A stretch of DNA of 64,000 bases. It comes from Candidatus Omnitrophota bacterium (GTDB lineage: Bacteria > Omnitrophota > Gorgyraeia > Zapsychrales > Aceulaceae). A program made the translations under genes and the position numbers. Below the pieces are notes generated by a model that ran no database searches, was not told where the DNA came from, and saw nothing but the letters and a program-made list of their open reading frames with translations. The stretch covers positions 146,977 through 210,976 of the forward strand of contig JAKQPK010000050.1 of assembly GCA_029564765.1 (NCBI GenBank). The letters run 5' to 3'. The first letter of the stretch is position 1; each line of letters begins with the position of its first letter. Of the stretch, positions 40,800 through 50,172 are shown piece after piece.

Positions 40800-42065
40800 T
40801 TAGCGCTTAATGACCCGCTGAGCTTCAATGAGATCGATCAGTATCTTGGTTAATTTATCCGCATCATGACGAATAAAGTTATCGACACCCAAAAGATCAG
40901 CAGCGATCACTCTGCATCCTAAGGCTTTGATCACATCCACATCAGCAGCCACAGGATAAGAATTTTCCTGTCGATATTTTTCTAACGCCCCCGATGGAAC
41001 GATCGCATCGTTAAGCAAGCAGGCATCAACGATACGGCTTGTCGTATGCTTCATCAAGGCTTTCAGATGATCACTGGCTGCATAATCGTCAGTTTCACCG
41101 GGCTGTGTCATCACATTACAAACATAGATCTTGTACGCATGCGACTGCTCTAAAGCCTCTGTCATGCCATTAATGATCAGATTCGGTATAATACTCGTAT
41201 ACAAGCTTCCAGGACCAAAAATGATCACATCCGCATTCGCAATCGCCTCTAAGGCGTCTTGTGTAGGCCTGGTTGCCTCGGGCTTTAAATAAAGCCGTCT
41301 AATGTGTTTGCCGCGCTGAGGGATCTTTGCCTCGCCCTCGGTCCATGTGCCATCCTCATATTCAGCGACCAGATGAACATTGCTGATCGTTGAAGGAACG
41401 ACCTTGCCGCGGATCGCCAAAACTTTACTAGACTCCTTGACCGCTTTCTCAAAATCACCACCTGTCAACTGTACCATCGCTGTCAAAAAAAGGTTGCCAA
41501 AATTATGCCCTTGCAGCTGTGAATCCTTCGCAAAGCGGAATTGAAAAAGCTCACCCATTAAAGCCGGCGCATCCGCTAGTGCGACTAAGCAGTTGCGAAT
41601 ATCTCCAGGAGCGACAATATTAAATTCTTCTCGTAAGCGACCCGAAGACCCTCCGCTATCAGCCACGGTCACGATCGCGGTCAGGTTGGATGTATAACTT
41701 TTAAGACCGAACAATAAATTCGATAACCCATGACCGCCACCGATCGCCACGACCTTGGGCCCGCGCTCTAAATAGCGTCTCTGGTAGAGAATATTCACCA
41801 GATCACGCTCACGTTCTGGCAAAAATAGTGTGATCAATGATATGATCATCTTGATGATACCTAAGACGACGAGGGCGACACCGCACAAGATGATCACAAA
41901 GCCGGCGATCGTCACAAACGTGAATTCTGAAACGGCAAAAATAACTCCCAGGGCGACAATAAAGATCCCTAAGACCGTTGTCAGAAACCAACGCTTGATG
42001 CGCATCCCCGGATAACACCACTTGATGATGTAATCTAAAAATGAGAAATTCGTATCAGTCCTCAT
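40800..42065 (-). CDS. yvcK: YvcK/GlmR (CofD-like) protein with N-terminal transmembrane segments
   Basis: IGGGHGL, VTVADSGGSSGRLR, PGDIRNC, GHNFGN, GPGSLYTS. Confidence 0.92.
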   Translation of the reverse strand: MRTDTNFSFLDYIIKWCYPGMRIKRWFLTTVLGIFIVALGVIFAVSEFTFVTIAGFVIILCGVALVVLGIIKMIISLITLFLPERERDLVNILYQRRYLERGPKVVAIGGGHGLSNLLFGLKSYTSNLTAIVTVADSGGSSGRLREEFNIVAPGDIRNCLVALADAPALMGELFQFRFAKDSQLQGHNFGNLFLTAMVQLTGGDFEKAVKESSKVLAIRGKVVPSTISNVHLVAEYEDGTWTEGEAKIPQRGKHIRRLYLKPEATRPTQDALEAIANADVIIFGPGSLYTSIIPNLIINGMTEALEQSHAYKIYVCNVMTQPGETDDYAASDHLKALMKHTTSRIVDACLLNDAIVPSGALEKYRQENSYPVAADVDVIKALGCRVIAADLLGVDNFIRHDADKLTKILIDLIEAQRVIKR

Positions 42066-42117
42066 GGGTCGTAACTATTATATTGTGTAATATGAAGTTC
42101 GAGACGAAAGGTTATCG

Positions 42118-42588
42118 CTAACCGATACGTTCGTCTTCTAAAGCAATCAGCTTTAATACGGCTTTTGTGTTCTCGGCAGCTCGGAGACTGTCGCGGAAGA
42201 ACTTATCTTTGAGCAAGCGGGAGATCCGTGCCAACGCCTTCAAGTGTGGTCCGGCCGAATCCATCGGTGCGACAAGAAGAAAAAAGACGTGAGCAGGCTC
42301 ACCGTCTAACGAATCGAAATCAACGCCATTCTTACTGATCCCTAAGCTCGCGATGAGTTTATCCACGCCCTCAAATTTAGCATGCGGGATCGCAACGCCC
42401 TGGCCGATCGCAGTTGAGCCCAGCTCTTCCCGGGCCATGATCACATCAAATATCTTATTCTTATCTTTCTTATCAACAACCTCGCCTTCAACCAAAAGCC
42501 CGATCAGTTCTTGGACAACATCTTTCTTAGTTGTCCCTTTCAGATCGACCGCGATCGCTTTCTTGCATAAGAAATCAGATAATTTCAT
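42118..42588 (-). CDS. ptsN: PTS EIIA (Ntr/Fru type)
   Basis: REELGSTAIGQGVAIPH, DSLDGEP, HLKALARIS. Confidence 0.88.
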   Translation of the reverse strand: MKLSDFLCKKAIAVDLKGTTKKDVVQELIGLLVEGEVVDKKDKNKIFDVIMAREELGSTAIGQGVAIPHAKFEGVDKLIASLGISKNGVDFDSLDGEPAHVFFLLVAPMDSAGPHLKALARISRLLKDKFFRDSLRAAENTKAVLKLIALEDERIG

Positions 42589-42604
42589 TCAATCCTCCTC
42601 ATAT

Positions 42605-42650
42605 CAAAATAACACAGCTCTTTTCAAAAGACATTCCTTTGAAATAGCTG
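42605..42650 (-). terminator. Putative stem-loop (terminator or processing signal) after the tRNA cluster
   Basis: CAGCUAUUUCAAAGG-AAUGU-CUUUUGAAAAGAGCUG followed by UGUUAUUUUG. Confidence 0.4.
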
Positions 42651-42663
42651 AAAAACGCAAACG

Positions 42664-42735
42664 AGCGGCGGATGGGGCTTGAACCCATGACATCCACCTT
42701 GGCAAGGTGGCATTCTACCACTGAATTACCGCCGC
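42664..42735 (-). tRNA. tRNA-Gly(GCC), CCA not encoded
   Basis: Acceptor GCGGCGG/CCGCCGC; anticodon arm CCACC-TTGCCAA-GGTGG; T-loop TTCAAGC. Confidence 0.95.
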
Positions 42736-42764
42736 AAATTTCAAAGGCCAACAAAGATATTATA

Positions 42765-42846
42765 TGGGCGGAAGAGGACTTGAACCTCCATGGGTTGCCC
42801 CACTAGTTCCTAAGACTAGCGCGTATACCAATTCCGCCATCCGCCC
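42765..42846 (-). tRNA. tRNA-Leu(TAG), CCA not encoded
   Basis: Anticodon arm CTAGT-CTTAGGA-ACTAG; long variable arm GGGGCAACCC; T-loop TTCAAGT. Confidence 0.95.
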
Positions 42847-42915
42847 TTATGATGTCCCAATAAGGCGATGCTCCATGGCCTTTTATGATCAACAAGAAAA
42901 TTTCTTGTCACAAAA

Positions 42916-42991
42916 TGGTGACCCACCCGCGACTCGAACGCGGCACACCAGCCTTAAAAGGGCTGTGCTCTACCAGATGAGCTAGTGGGTC
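42916..42991 (-). tRNA. tRNA-Lys(TTT), CCA encoded
   Basis: Acceptor GACCCAC/GTGGGTC-ACCA; anticodon arm CAGCC-CTTTTAA-GGCTG; T arm CCGCG-TTCGAGT-CGCGG. Confidence 0.95.
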
Positions 42992-43014
42992 AAATTCTCA
43001 AAGATCAAAAACTT

Positions 43015-43581
43015 TTAAACGCCGTAGTCAACTAACTCTTTATCTTTAGCCACCAGGACATCGTCCACTTCTTTGATAAACTTGTCTGTAAGCTTTTGAA
43101 CAGCCTCTTGACCGTTAAAGCTATCGTCTTTCGAGGCCTGCTTGTCCTGTTCCATCTTCTTGATCTTATCATTAGCTTCGCGGCGAATGGACCGAAGAGA
43201 AACCCGCCCTTTCTCCGCCATTTCTTTAACGACTTTTCTTAATTCCTCGCGGCGCTCCTTAGAAAGCGGTGGAATGCTCAGCCGGATCACCTTCCCATCA
43301 TTGGATGGCATAATGCCAAGCTTGGATTGGTTGATCGCCTGTTCGATCATCGGGATAGCGCTGACATCCCAAGGTTGAATCACAACGGTCTTAGCATCCG
43401 GAATGGAGATCGAGGCGATCTGTTTGATCATTGTCGGGGTTCCATAGTAATCCACGTGAACGCCCTCGATCAAGCCGGGATGTGCTCGCCCGGTGCGAAC
43501 CTCAGAAAACTCACGTGATACAGCTTCGATCGTTTTCTTCATTTTACCTTCTATTTCGCGAACGACATCCTTAACGCTCAT
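43015..43581 (-). CDS. frr: Ribosome recycling factor
   Basis: VRTGRA, VDYYG, IQPWD, PPLSKERR, RSIRR. Confidence 0.97.
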   Translation of the reverse strand: MSVKDVVREIEGKMKKTIEAVSREFSEVRTGRAHPGLIEGVHVDYYGTPTMIKQIASISIPDAKTVVIQPWDVSAIPMIEQAINQSKLGIMPSNDGKVIRLSIPPLSKERREELRKVVKEMAEKGRVSLRSIRREANDKIKKMEQDKQASKDDSFNGQEAVQKLTDKFIKEVDDVLVAKDKELVDYGV

Positions 43582-43595
43582 ATCCACCCCCAAAA

Positions 43596-44315
43596 TTATT
43601 TAACGGTTGTCCCGATGGTCTCACCGAAAACAACTTTTTTAATATTTCCTTTTTTTGTAAGATCAAAAACAACAATCGGTAAATTGTTGTCCATGCACAT
43701 GCTGATCGCGGTCGCATCCATGACCTTTAGATGCTTGTTGAGCACATCAATGAACTCAAGCTGCGAAAATTTCTTTGCGCTCTTATCCTTCACGGGATCC
43801 GCAGAATAAACACCATCGACCTTGGTCGCCTTTAAGATCACTTCAGCACCGATCTCTTTGGCCCTTAACGCAGCGGCGGTGTCTGTTGTAAAATAAGGGT
43901 TTCCTGTGCCAGCCACAAAGATAATAACACGTCTTTTTTCTAAATGACGCATCGCGCGACGACGGATATAAGGTTCCGCGACCGCATGCATATCAATGGC
44001 CGTGATAACCCGAGTCGAAACGTCAAGCTGCTCCAACGCGTTTTGTAAGGCAAGTCCATTCAAGACCGTGGCAAGCATCCCCATATAATCAGCGACAGAA
44101 CGATCAAGGCCAAAACGCTTTGACTCAAGCTGCCCACGAAAAATGTTGCCACCTCCAACGACAAGGGCGACATCCACGCCAGCCTGCCAGATCTCTTTGA
44201 TCTGCGCTGCCAGCGAAGCGCATGTTTCAGCATCGATACCATGCCCCTGCTGCCCTTGCATAGCTTCACCGCTAAGCTTAAGCAAAATACGTTTATAGGC
44301 TGGTCTTTTATTCAC
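43596..44315 (-). CDS. pyrH: UMP kinase
   Basis: [37 protein letters not shown]. Confidence 0.98.
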   Translation of the reverse strand: MNKRPAYKRILLKLSGEAMQGQQGHGIDAETCASLAAQIKEIWQAGVDVALVVGGGNIFRGQLESKRFGLDRSVADYMGMLATVLNGLALQNALEQLDVSTRVITAIDMHAVAEPYIRRRAMRHLEKRRVIIFVAGTGNPYFTTDTAAALRAKEIGAEVILKATKVDGVYSADPVKDKSAKKFSQLEFIDVLNKHLKVMDATAISMCMDNNLPIVVFDLTKKGNIKKVVFGETIGTTVK

Positions 44316-44838
44316 TTTCTCCTACCTTGAAGCGCTTAAAGCGGCCAACGAACATGTTCTCGCCAATCTTAACGACCAAGGTGTTCAGATAATCCTGGAT
44401 CGTCATCTTCGGATCCTTAACGAAAGGCTGGTCCATTAAACATTTTTCCTTAGCAAAGGTATCAGCGTCTGGCTGCTGGGCAAGGACATCCGCCGGGATC
44501 TCTTCCCGTCGAACATATTGAGGAGCCATAGCCGCGATATGCAAAGCGACATCTTTTGAGAACTGCATAAAATCATTGTTTTTAGCAACAAAATCTGTTT
44601 CACAATTCACTTCTACTAATACCCCGATCTTAGATCCTGAATGGATATAACATTCTACGCGTCCTTCTTTAGCGCTACGGGTCCCTTTTTTAGCGGCGAT
44701 CTCTAGCCCGCGCTTTCTTAAGATTTCTTTGGCCTTATCAAAATCTCCACCTGTTTCTTCCAGGGCCTTTTTGCATTCGATCACACCGCAAGATGTTTGC
44801 TCTCGCAGTTCCTTAATCGCGTCAACACTAGCTCCCAT
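44308..44838 (-). CDS. tsf: Elongation factor Ts (short form)
   Basis: [23 protein letters not shown]. Confidence 0.96.
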   Translation of the reverse strand: MGASVDAIKELREQTSCGVIECKKALEETGGDFDKAKEILRKRGLEIAAKKGTRSAKEGRVECYIHSGSKIGVLVEVNCETDFVAKNNDFMQFSKDVALHIAAMAPQYVRREEIPADVLAQQPDADTFAKEKCLMDQPFVKDPKMTIQDYLNTLVVKIGENMFVGRFKRFKVGESE

Positions 44839-44882
44839 GATCCTAAATCCTTTCTGTCAATAAACGATGAACGAACAACATC

Positions 44883-45629
44883 CTAAACTTTAGCTTCAGC
44901 CTCAACATCGTCCTTGCTCCGCTTTTGAGCAGCAACGCTTGTCATATATCCTTTACGTCCCTCAACAATGCTGTCAGTAATGATCGACAAGATCAATCGG
45001 ATCGATTTTAAGGCATCATCATTGCCGGGAATGGGATAGTCAACCATATTAGGATCACAGATCGTATCCACGATTGCCACGACAGGGATCTTAAGCTTTC
45101 TGGCTTCTTTTACAGCGATCTCTTCCTTCTTAAGATCGACGACCAGAAGGGCTTGAGGCAATGTTTTCATCGCACGGATACCGCTTAATTCTCTTAAAAG
45201 CTTTTCCCGTTCTTTTTGCATTCTAGAGATCTCTTTCTTTGTAAGCTTCTGCGCAACCTCATCTTCCAAAATGCGTTCAATATCGTTAAGCTTATCAAGA
45301 GATTTTTTCACTGTTTCAAAGTTAGTCAGCAATCCACCCGGCCAGCGATAGTTCACATGGAACATATCTGAACGCCCTGCCTCTTGAGCAATGACCTCCT
45401 GGGCTTGTTTCTTAGTCCCGACGAAAAGGATGCGACCACCTTTTGCAGCTACTTGATGTAAAAAATCGCGTGCTTGGTTCAAGCACTCGGCAGTTTTTTC
45501 AAGGTCAACAATGTAGATATTGTTACGAGCGCCAAAGATGAAGGGCTTCATCTTTGGGTTCCAGCGTTTTGTCTGATGACCGAAATGGACACCAGCTTCC
45601 AGCAACTTCTTGATCAATTCATTTGTCAT
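44883..45629 (-). CDS. rpsB: 30S ribosomal protein S2
   Basis: LLEAGVHFGH, RWNPKM, FVGTKKQA, PIPGNDD. Confidence 0.98.
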   Translation of the reverse strand: MTNELIKKLLEAGVHFGHQTKRWNPKMKPFIFGARNNIYIVDLEKTAECLNQARDFLHQVAAKGGRILFVGTKKQAQEVIAQEAGRSDMFHVNYRWPGGLLTNFETVKKSLDKLNDIERILEDEVAQKLTKKEISRMQKEREKLLRELSGIRAMKTLPQALLVVDLKKEEIAVKEARKLKIPVVAIVDTICDPNMVDYPIPGNDDALKSIRLILSIITDSIVEGRKGYMTSVAAQKRSKDDVEAEAKV

Positions 45630-45694
45630 GTTCCTACGTTAGCCTCCGTTAATTTTTTGGTGAATTTTTCATTTTTCTAAAATGATAGGGATAC

Positions 45695-45723
45695 AGTATA
45701 CATAATTATTATATTTTATGCAA
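45695..45723 (-). promoter_or_regulatory. Putative sigma70 promoter for the rpsB-tsf-pyrH-frr-tRNA operon
   Basis: TTGCAT-17 bp-TATACT in an AT-rich intergenic region. Confidence 0.65.
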
Positions 45724-45763
45724 TATTTTATTTTTTACGGATTTTCAGCAAAAATCATCAAAA

Positions 45764-47557
45764 TTAGGCCTGAAACTGGGTTTCATAGAGGCTTTTATAC
45801 AAGGGGCATGCGCCTAAAAGGTCTTCATGGGATCCTGAGCCAATGATCTTGCCAGCCTGTAAAACAACGATTTTCTTGGACTTACGAATAGTCGAAAGCC
45901 TGTGCGCTATACAGATGACCGTGCGATCCTTCATGAGCGCATCGATCGCATCTTGGACATATTTCTCAGACTGTGAATCAAGCTGTGACGTAGCCTCATC
46001 CAGGATGAGGATCGGGGCGTTCTTCAAGATCGCGCGCGCGATGGCGATCCGTTGACGCTCTCCTCCCGAAAGCCTAAATCCACGGTCGCCTATCATCGTG
46101 TCGTATCCTTCAGGGAGCTTAATAATAAAATCATGCGCAAACGCTTTTTTCGCGGCTGAACAGATCTGCTCATCCGTGGCCTCCATGTGGCCATAGGCGA
46201 TATTAGCACGCACTGTATCATTGAAAAGGATCGTCTCTTGGGTCACTATGCCGATCTGTCCACGCAAAGACTTGAACGTAACATCCTTTAGGCCTACGCC
46301 ATCGATCTCAACACTGCCTCGGACCGGATCGTAAAAACGAGGGATGAGGTTTGCTAACGTCGACTTTCCAGAGCCTGTGGGCCCAACGATCGCGACGATA
46401 TCACCCGCTCCGATCTCAAGATTAATGTTGCGCAAAGTGATCGTGTTCTCGTCATCATAATAAAAATCAACATTCTTGATAGAGATCTTTTCTCTGATCA
46501 GCCCAAGATCCTGCGCGTCAAGCTTTTCCACGACCGTAGGCTTCGCATTTAACACATCGTAAACCCGCTCATTCGCGGCTAACGCTTGCTGGATCAGCGC
46601 GTTGACATTGCTTAACTTCTTGATAGGGCTGAGCATGGATAACAGAGACCCAAAGAATAAACCGAACACACCAAAGGAAACCTGTCCCGAAATCACCTGC
46701 CGCCCGATCCAAAGCAAAACCCCTACGCCGCAGACAGCGCCAACGAACTCCGTGATCGGATTGATCAACAATGTTCGACGAATCGCTTTCATCTTAAGCT
46801 TATAAAAATCTTGATTCTGCCCTTTAAAACGATTCGTTTCGTATTCTTCCATGTTAAAGGCTTTGACGACGCGAACGCCAGAGATCGTTTCAAAAAGCAA
46901 TGAATTAATGTCCGCCATCTTGCCCTGTGATTTATGCGAAAGCATTTTTAGCTTACGCCCGATCTGACGCATCGGGATGAGGATCAATGCAGCCAGAACG
47001 AGTGTCACCAAAAAGACTTTTGGATAAATAAAAAGGATGATGATCGCGAACACAAGCAAACGAAATGATTGATAAAAAAGGTCTGTCACGCCGTAAGATA
47101 CCGCGTTCTCAACGACTTGAACATCGTTTGTGATGCGCGAAATAAGCTCTCCGACCCGCTTCTTGCTAAAATAATCTAGGGAAAGATTTTGAATCGTTTG
47201 ATACAGCCGAAAACGGATATCGCGCATGACCCGCTGCGAAACATCATTCATCAGGTACCCTTGCAAGAAAGCAAAGATCCCTTTCACGAGAAAAATGATC
47301 AAGCATCCGATAGCGACTATCGATAACAAGCGATCAGAAGGGATCATGTTGATACGTTGGGCAAAATCTCCAAGCCAGTGCGGGGCTTGAGCAGGTAAGG
47401 TTATCTCTCCCTTCCCTAAGATCTTGTCCGCCATAGGGATAATGAGCGACAATTGAAATCCATCAAAGATCGCAGAAACCAACATGCAGGCGGTCGCGCC
47501 AACAAGAACCTTGATGTGGCCTTTGAGGAACTTGAGAAGTTTAAAATAATTTTTCAT
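45764..47557 (-). CDS. msbA: MsbA-like lipid A-core ABC flippase (TMD + NBD)
   Basis: GELISRITND, GPTGSGKST, LSGGERQR, LDEATSQLD, IAHRLST; divergent from lpxB. Confidence 0.85.
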   Translation of the reverse strand: MKNYFKLLKFLKGHIKVLVGATACMLVSAIFDGFQLSLIIPMADKILGKGEITLPAQAPHWLGDFAQRINMIPSDRLLSIVAIGCLIIFLVKGIFAFLQGYLMNDVSQRVMRDIRFRLYQTIQNLSLDYFSKKRVGELISRITNDVQVVENAVSYGVTDLFYQSFRLLVFAIIILFIYPKVFLVTLVLAALILIPMRQIGRKLKMLSHKSQGKMADINSLLFETISGVRVVKAFNMEEYETNRFKGQNQDFYKLKMKAIRRTLLINPITEFVGAVCGVGVLLWIGRQVISGQVSFGVFGLFFGSLLSMLSPIKKLSNVNALIQQALAANERVYDVLNAKPTVVEKLDAQDLGLIREKISIKNVDFYYDDENTITLRNINLEIGAGDIVAIVGPTGSGKSTLANLIPRFYDPVRGSVEIDGVGLKDVTFKSLRGQIGIVTQETILFNDTVRANIAYGHMEATDEQICSAAKKAFAHDFIIKLPEGYDTMIGDRGFRLSGGERQRIAIARAILKNAPILILDEATSQLDSQSEKYVQDAIDALMKDRTVICIAHRLSTIRKSKKIVVLQAGKIIGSGSHEDLLGACPLYKSLYETQFQA

Positions 47558-47602
47558 TGTTTCAGCGTTTAATATGTTTGTTGCGCAAGAAAATGAAGCC
47601 AA

Positions 47603-47646
47603 ATCGTAGCATACGGATTGACTTTTGTCGAGCGATTTGTTATAGT
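47603..47646. promoter_or_regulatory. Overlapping divergent sigma70 promoters (msbA / gnnA-like-lpxB)
   Basis: + strand: TTGACT(47618)-17-TATAGT(47641). - strand: TCGACA(47631)-17-TACGAT(47608). Both have an extended -10 TG. Confidence 0.55.
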
Positions 47647-47674
47647 GCTGCCATACTTACAGCGACTAAAACAC

Positions 47675-48613
47675 ATGACCCCTGACAAAAAGATCAATAT
47701 TGCGATCATAGGCATTGGCCACCTCGGTTCACGCCACCTCAAAGTCTACTGCGAAATGGCTGATCAAGTCAATATTGTGGGCGTTTGTGATACACAGCAA
47801 GATAGAACGCTCAAGCTCGCAGATCATTACCATGTTCCCTATATTCGGGACATGCGAGACCTCTTGGGACGCGTAGAAGCTGTAAATATCTGCACGCCAA
47901 CAACTTCTCACTTTGAAATAGCCAAAGAATTCTTAAATAATAATGTTCATGTTTTTGTGGAAAAACCGATCACGACGACCGTAGCCCAAGCGGACAAGCT
48001 CGTTGCTCTGGCTAAAAAAAAGAAACGGATACTGCAAGTAGGCCATATTGAACGCTTTAATTCTGCTTTTGAAGGGATCCGCCATTTCGCGCGAAATCCC
48101 CGATTTGTGGAATGTCACCGTCTGAACCATTTCCCCAATCGTTCACTCGATATCGGCGTTGTCATGGATCTGATGATCCATGATATCGACATTGTCCTAG
48201 GGTTAACCGATGCTAAGATCAAAGCTATTGACGCGGTAGGCGTCAAAGTGTTAACGCCTCTAGAGGATATCGCGAATGCGCGTATCCGTTTTGGCAATGG
48301 CTGTGTCTGCAACCTTACGGCCAGCCGTGTCTCGGACGAAGTCACGCGTAAGATCCGTATTTTTCTTGATGATGCCTATATCTCCCTTGATTACGTCAAG
48401 CAGGAGGCCTTTATCTACAAAAAGCATGGCACGCTTATCAGCAAGCATGCGCTGCCTATCGAAAAAGAAGAACCCTTAAAAAAAGAACTTTTATCTTTCA
48501 TCGAATGCGTTCGTCATGGTCAAAAGCCTATCGTCTCTGGCTTGGAAGCCCGTAACGCCCTCAAGGTCGCGCTTGATATTACCCAAAAAATATGGAAACA
48601 GCAAAACATCTGA
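47675..48613 (+). CDS. Gfo/Idh/MocA oxidoreductase, probable UDP-GlcNAc 3-dehydrogenase (GnnA-like)
   Basis: GIGHLGSRH, VEKPI, QVGHIERFN, DLMIHDID, NLTASRVS; overlaps lpxB. Confidence 0.8.
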   Translation: MTPDKKINIAIIGIGHLGSRHLKVYCEMADQVNIVGVCDTQQDRTLKLADHYHVPYIRDMRDLLGRVEAVNICTPTTSHFEIAKEFLNNNVHVFVEKPITTTVAQADKLVALAKKKKRILQVGHIERFNSAFEGIRHFARNPRFVECHRLNHFPNRSLDIGVVMDLMIHDIDIVLGLTDAKIKAIDAVGVKVLTPLEDIANARIRFGNGCVCNLTASRVSDEVTRKIRIFLDDAYISLDYVKQEAFIYKKHGTLISKHALPIEKEEPLKKELLSFIECVRHGQKPIVSGLEARNALKVALDITQKIWKQQNI

Positions 48614-49725
48614 TTATAGTCGCTGGTGAAGCTTCGGGAGATGCCAGGGCGGCAGAATTAGTGGCGCAGATCAGAAAGCTTGAGCCCACTGCTACTTTCG
48701 CTGGCCTAGGAGGCGATCAAATGGCAAGGGCGGGTGTTTCGCTTTATGCCGACCTTACAAAGATTGCGGTCGTTGGTTTCACCGAGATCATTAAGCATTT
48801 GTCTGAGATCCGAACGCTATTTCATCTCATTATCAAAAAAGCTGAAGAAGAACGCCCTTCGGCGGTGATCCTCGTTGATTATCCAGGGTTCAATCTACGT
48901 TTAGCGACTGAACTAAAAAAACGCGGCATCAAGGTCATCTACTACATAAGCCCTCAAGTCTGGGCGTGGCATAGTCAGCGCATTGACCTGATCAAGCGCG
49001 TGGTAGACAAAATGATCGTTTTCTTCGGATTCGAGAAAGATCTTTATGCTCAACATGGATATGCCGTGGATTGCGTGGGACATCCTCTGGTAGATGAAAT
49101 AAAGATCCAAAAGTCACCTCATGAGCTTTTGGCAGAGGTCGGCTTATCGCAAACAACAACGATTGGTCTTCTTCCGGGGTCTCGCGTCAAAGAAGTGCAG
49201 AAAATATTTCCGGTTATGCTTCAGGCCGCGCGCTATCTTTACGCGCGAAATCCTTCACTGCAATTCCTGGTGGTGCAGGCTCCCACGATCCAAACGGATA
49301 TCTTAAACGATCATCATGAAATTTCCAAGCTTCCCATAAAGATCGTCAAAGGACAAAATTATGACAGCATTAACGCCTGCGACCTTTGCTTTGTGGCATC
49401 CGGCACAGCAACGCTTGAGACGGCCCTATTGTTGAAACCTATGGTCGTTGTTTATAAAACATCTTTCTTGACATGGGCGCTGGCTAAATGTCTTATCAAG
49501 ATCCCTTACATCGGCTTGGTCAATGTCGTGGCCGGCAAAAAGATCGTGCCTGAATGCATTCAGTTTGGCGCAACACCTGATCGCCTGGCAAGGCACGCCA
49601 TCCGTCTTTTAAGCGACAAGACAAAAATGGCAAAGACCCATAATGATCTTCAGCGCATCAAAGACAGCTTGGGCTCTCCTGGCGCAAGCACTCGCGCGGC
49701 ACAGATCATTCTGTCTTGCTTATAG
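48592..49725 (+). CDS. lpxB: Lipid-A-disaccharide synthase
   Basis: AGEASGD, VDYPGFN, SPQVWAW, VGHPL, LPGSR, ASGTATLE. Confidence 0.97.
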   Translation: METAKHLIIVAGEASGDARAAELVAQIRKLEPTATFAGLGGDQMARAGVSLYADLTKIAVVGFTEIIKHLSEIRTLFHLIIKKAEEERPSAVILVDYPGFNLRLATELKKRGIKVIYYISPQVWAWHSQRIDLIKRVVDKMIVFFGFEKDLYAQHGYAVDCVGHPLVDEIKIQKSPHELLAEVGLSQTTTIGLLPGSRVKEVQKIFPVMLQAARYLYARNPSLQFLVVQAPTIQTDILNDHHEISKLPIKIVKGQNYDSINACDLCFVASGTATLETALLLKPMVVVYKTSFLTWALAKCLIKIPYIGLVNVVAGKKIVPECIQFGATPDRLARHAIRLLSDKTKMAKTHNDLQRIKDSLGSPGASTRAAQIILSCL

Positions 49726-49776
49726 CGTACCCTACAAGCAATGATCCATCACTTGCGTTGGCTCTTCCCGCCCCTA

Positions 49777-50172
49777 CTACGAAGACCTGGAAAGAAGCAA
49801 ATTTTTCATGTGGTTGATCAATAAAGAAGATTCGACGGGTTTCGTGATAAAGTCGTCCCAGCCCATATTATATTTCTCCATTAGCGAATCTCGGTAGGCT
49901 GTGATCATGATGACCATGGTCTCTCGCTTGCGATGAAACGACTTTTCTTCCTCTTGGCGGATAGCTTTTAAGACCTCGAAACCGTCCATCTCAGGCATGG
50001 TGACATCAAGGAGGGCAAAATCAAAAGGGGTTTTTGTTTTGCGGGATTTCTGATAAAGCTCGAGCGCTTCTTTTCCTGTAGTAGCCGTAACACATTCCGC
50101 AATGTTCTTAAGGGCGTCCAACACGATCCTGCGGTTCTCTATATCGTCTTCGGCAACCAGAACTTTCCACAT
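49777..50172 (-). CDS. Single-domain response regulator (CheY-like receiver)
   Basis: VAEDD, LLDVTMPEMDG, ITA, FITKP. Confidence 0.9.
   Translation of the reverse strand: MWKVLVAEDDIENRRIVLDALKNIAECVTATTGKEALELYQKSRKTKTPFDFALLDVTMPEMDGFEVLKAIRQEEEKSFHRKRETMVIMITAYRDSLMEKYNMGWDDFITKPVESSLLINHMKNLLLSRSS

Noticed and set aside
42892-42908. Perfect dyad ACAAGAAA-A-TTTCTTGT in the tRNA spacer
   Set aside because: Short, AT-rich and single-copy; small hairpins are common in tRNA spacers
42664-42991. tRNA cluster as an integration site, and the + strand 73-aa ORF at 42764-42985
   Set aside because: Both flanks are core genes with no duplicated tRNA 3' end; the ORF is the antisense of tRNA-Leu and tRNA-Lys
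44308-44838. Short 176-aa EF-Ts as a truncation
   Set aside because: Short, homodimer-type EF-Ts is well known (e.g. Thermus, cyanobacteria) and the key motifs are intact
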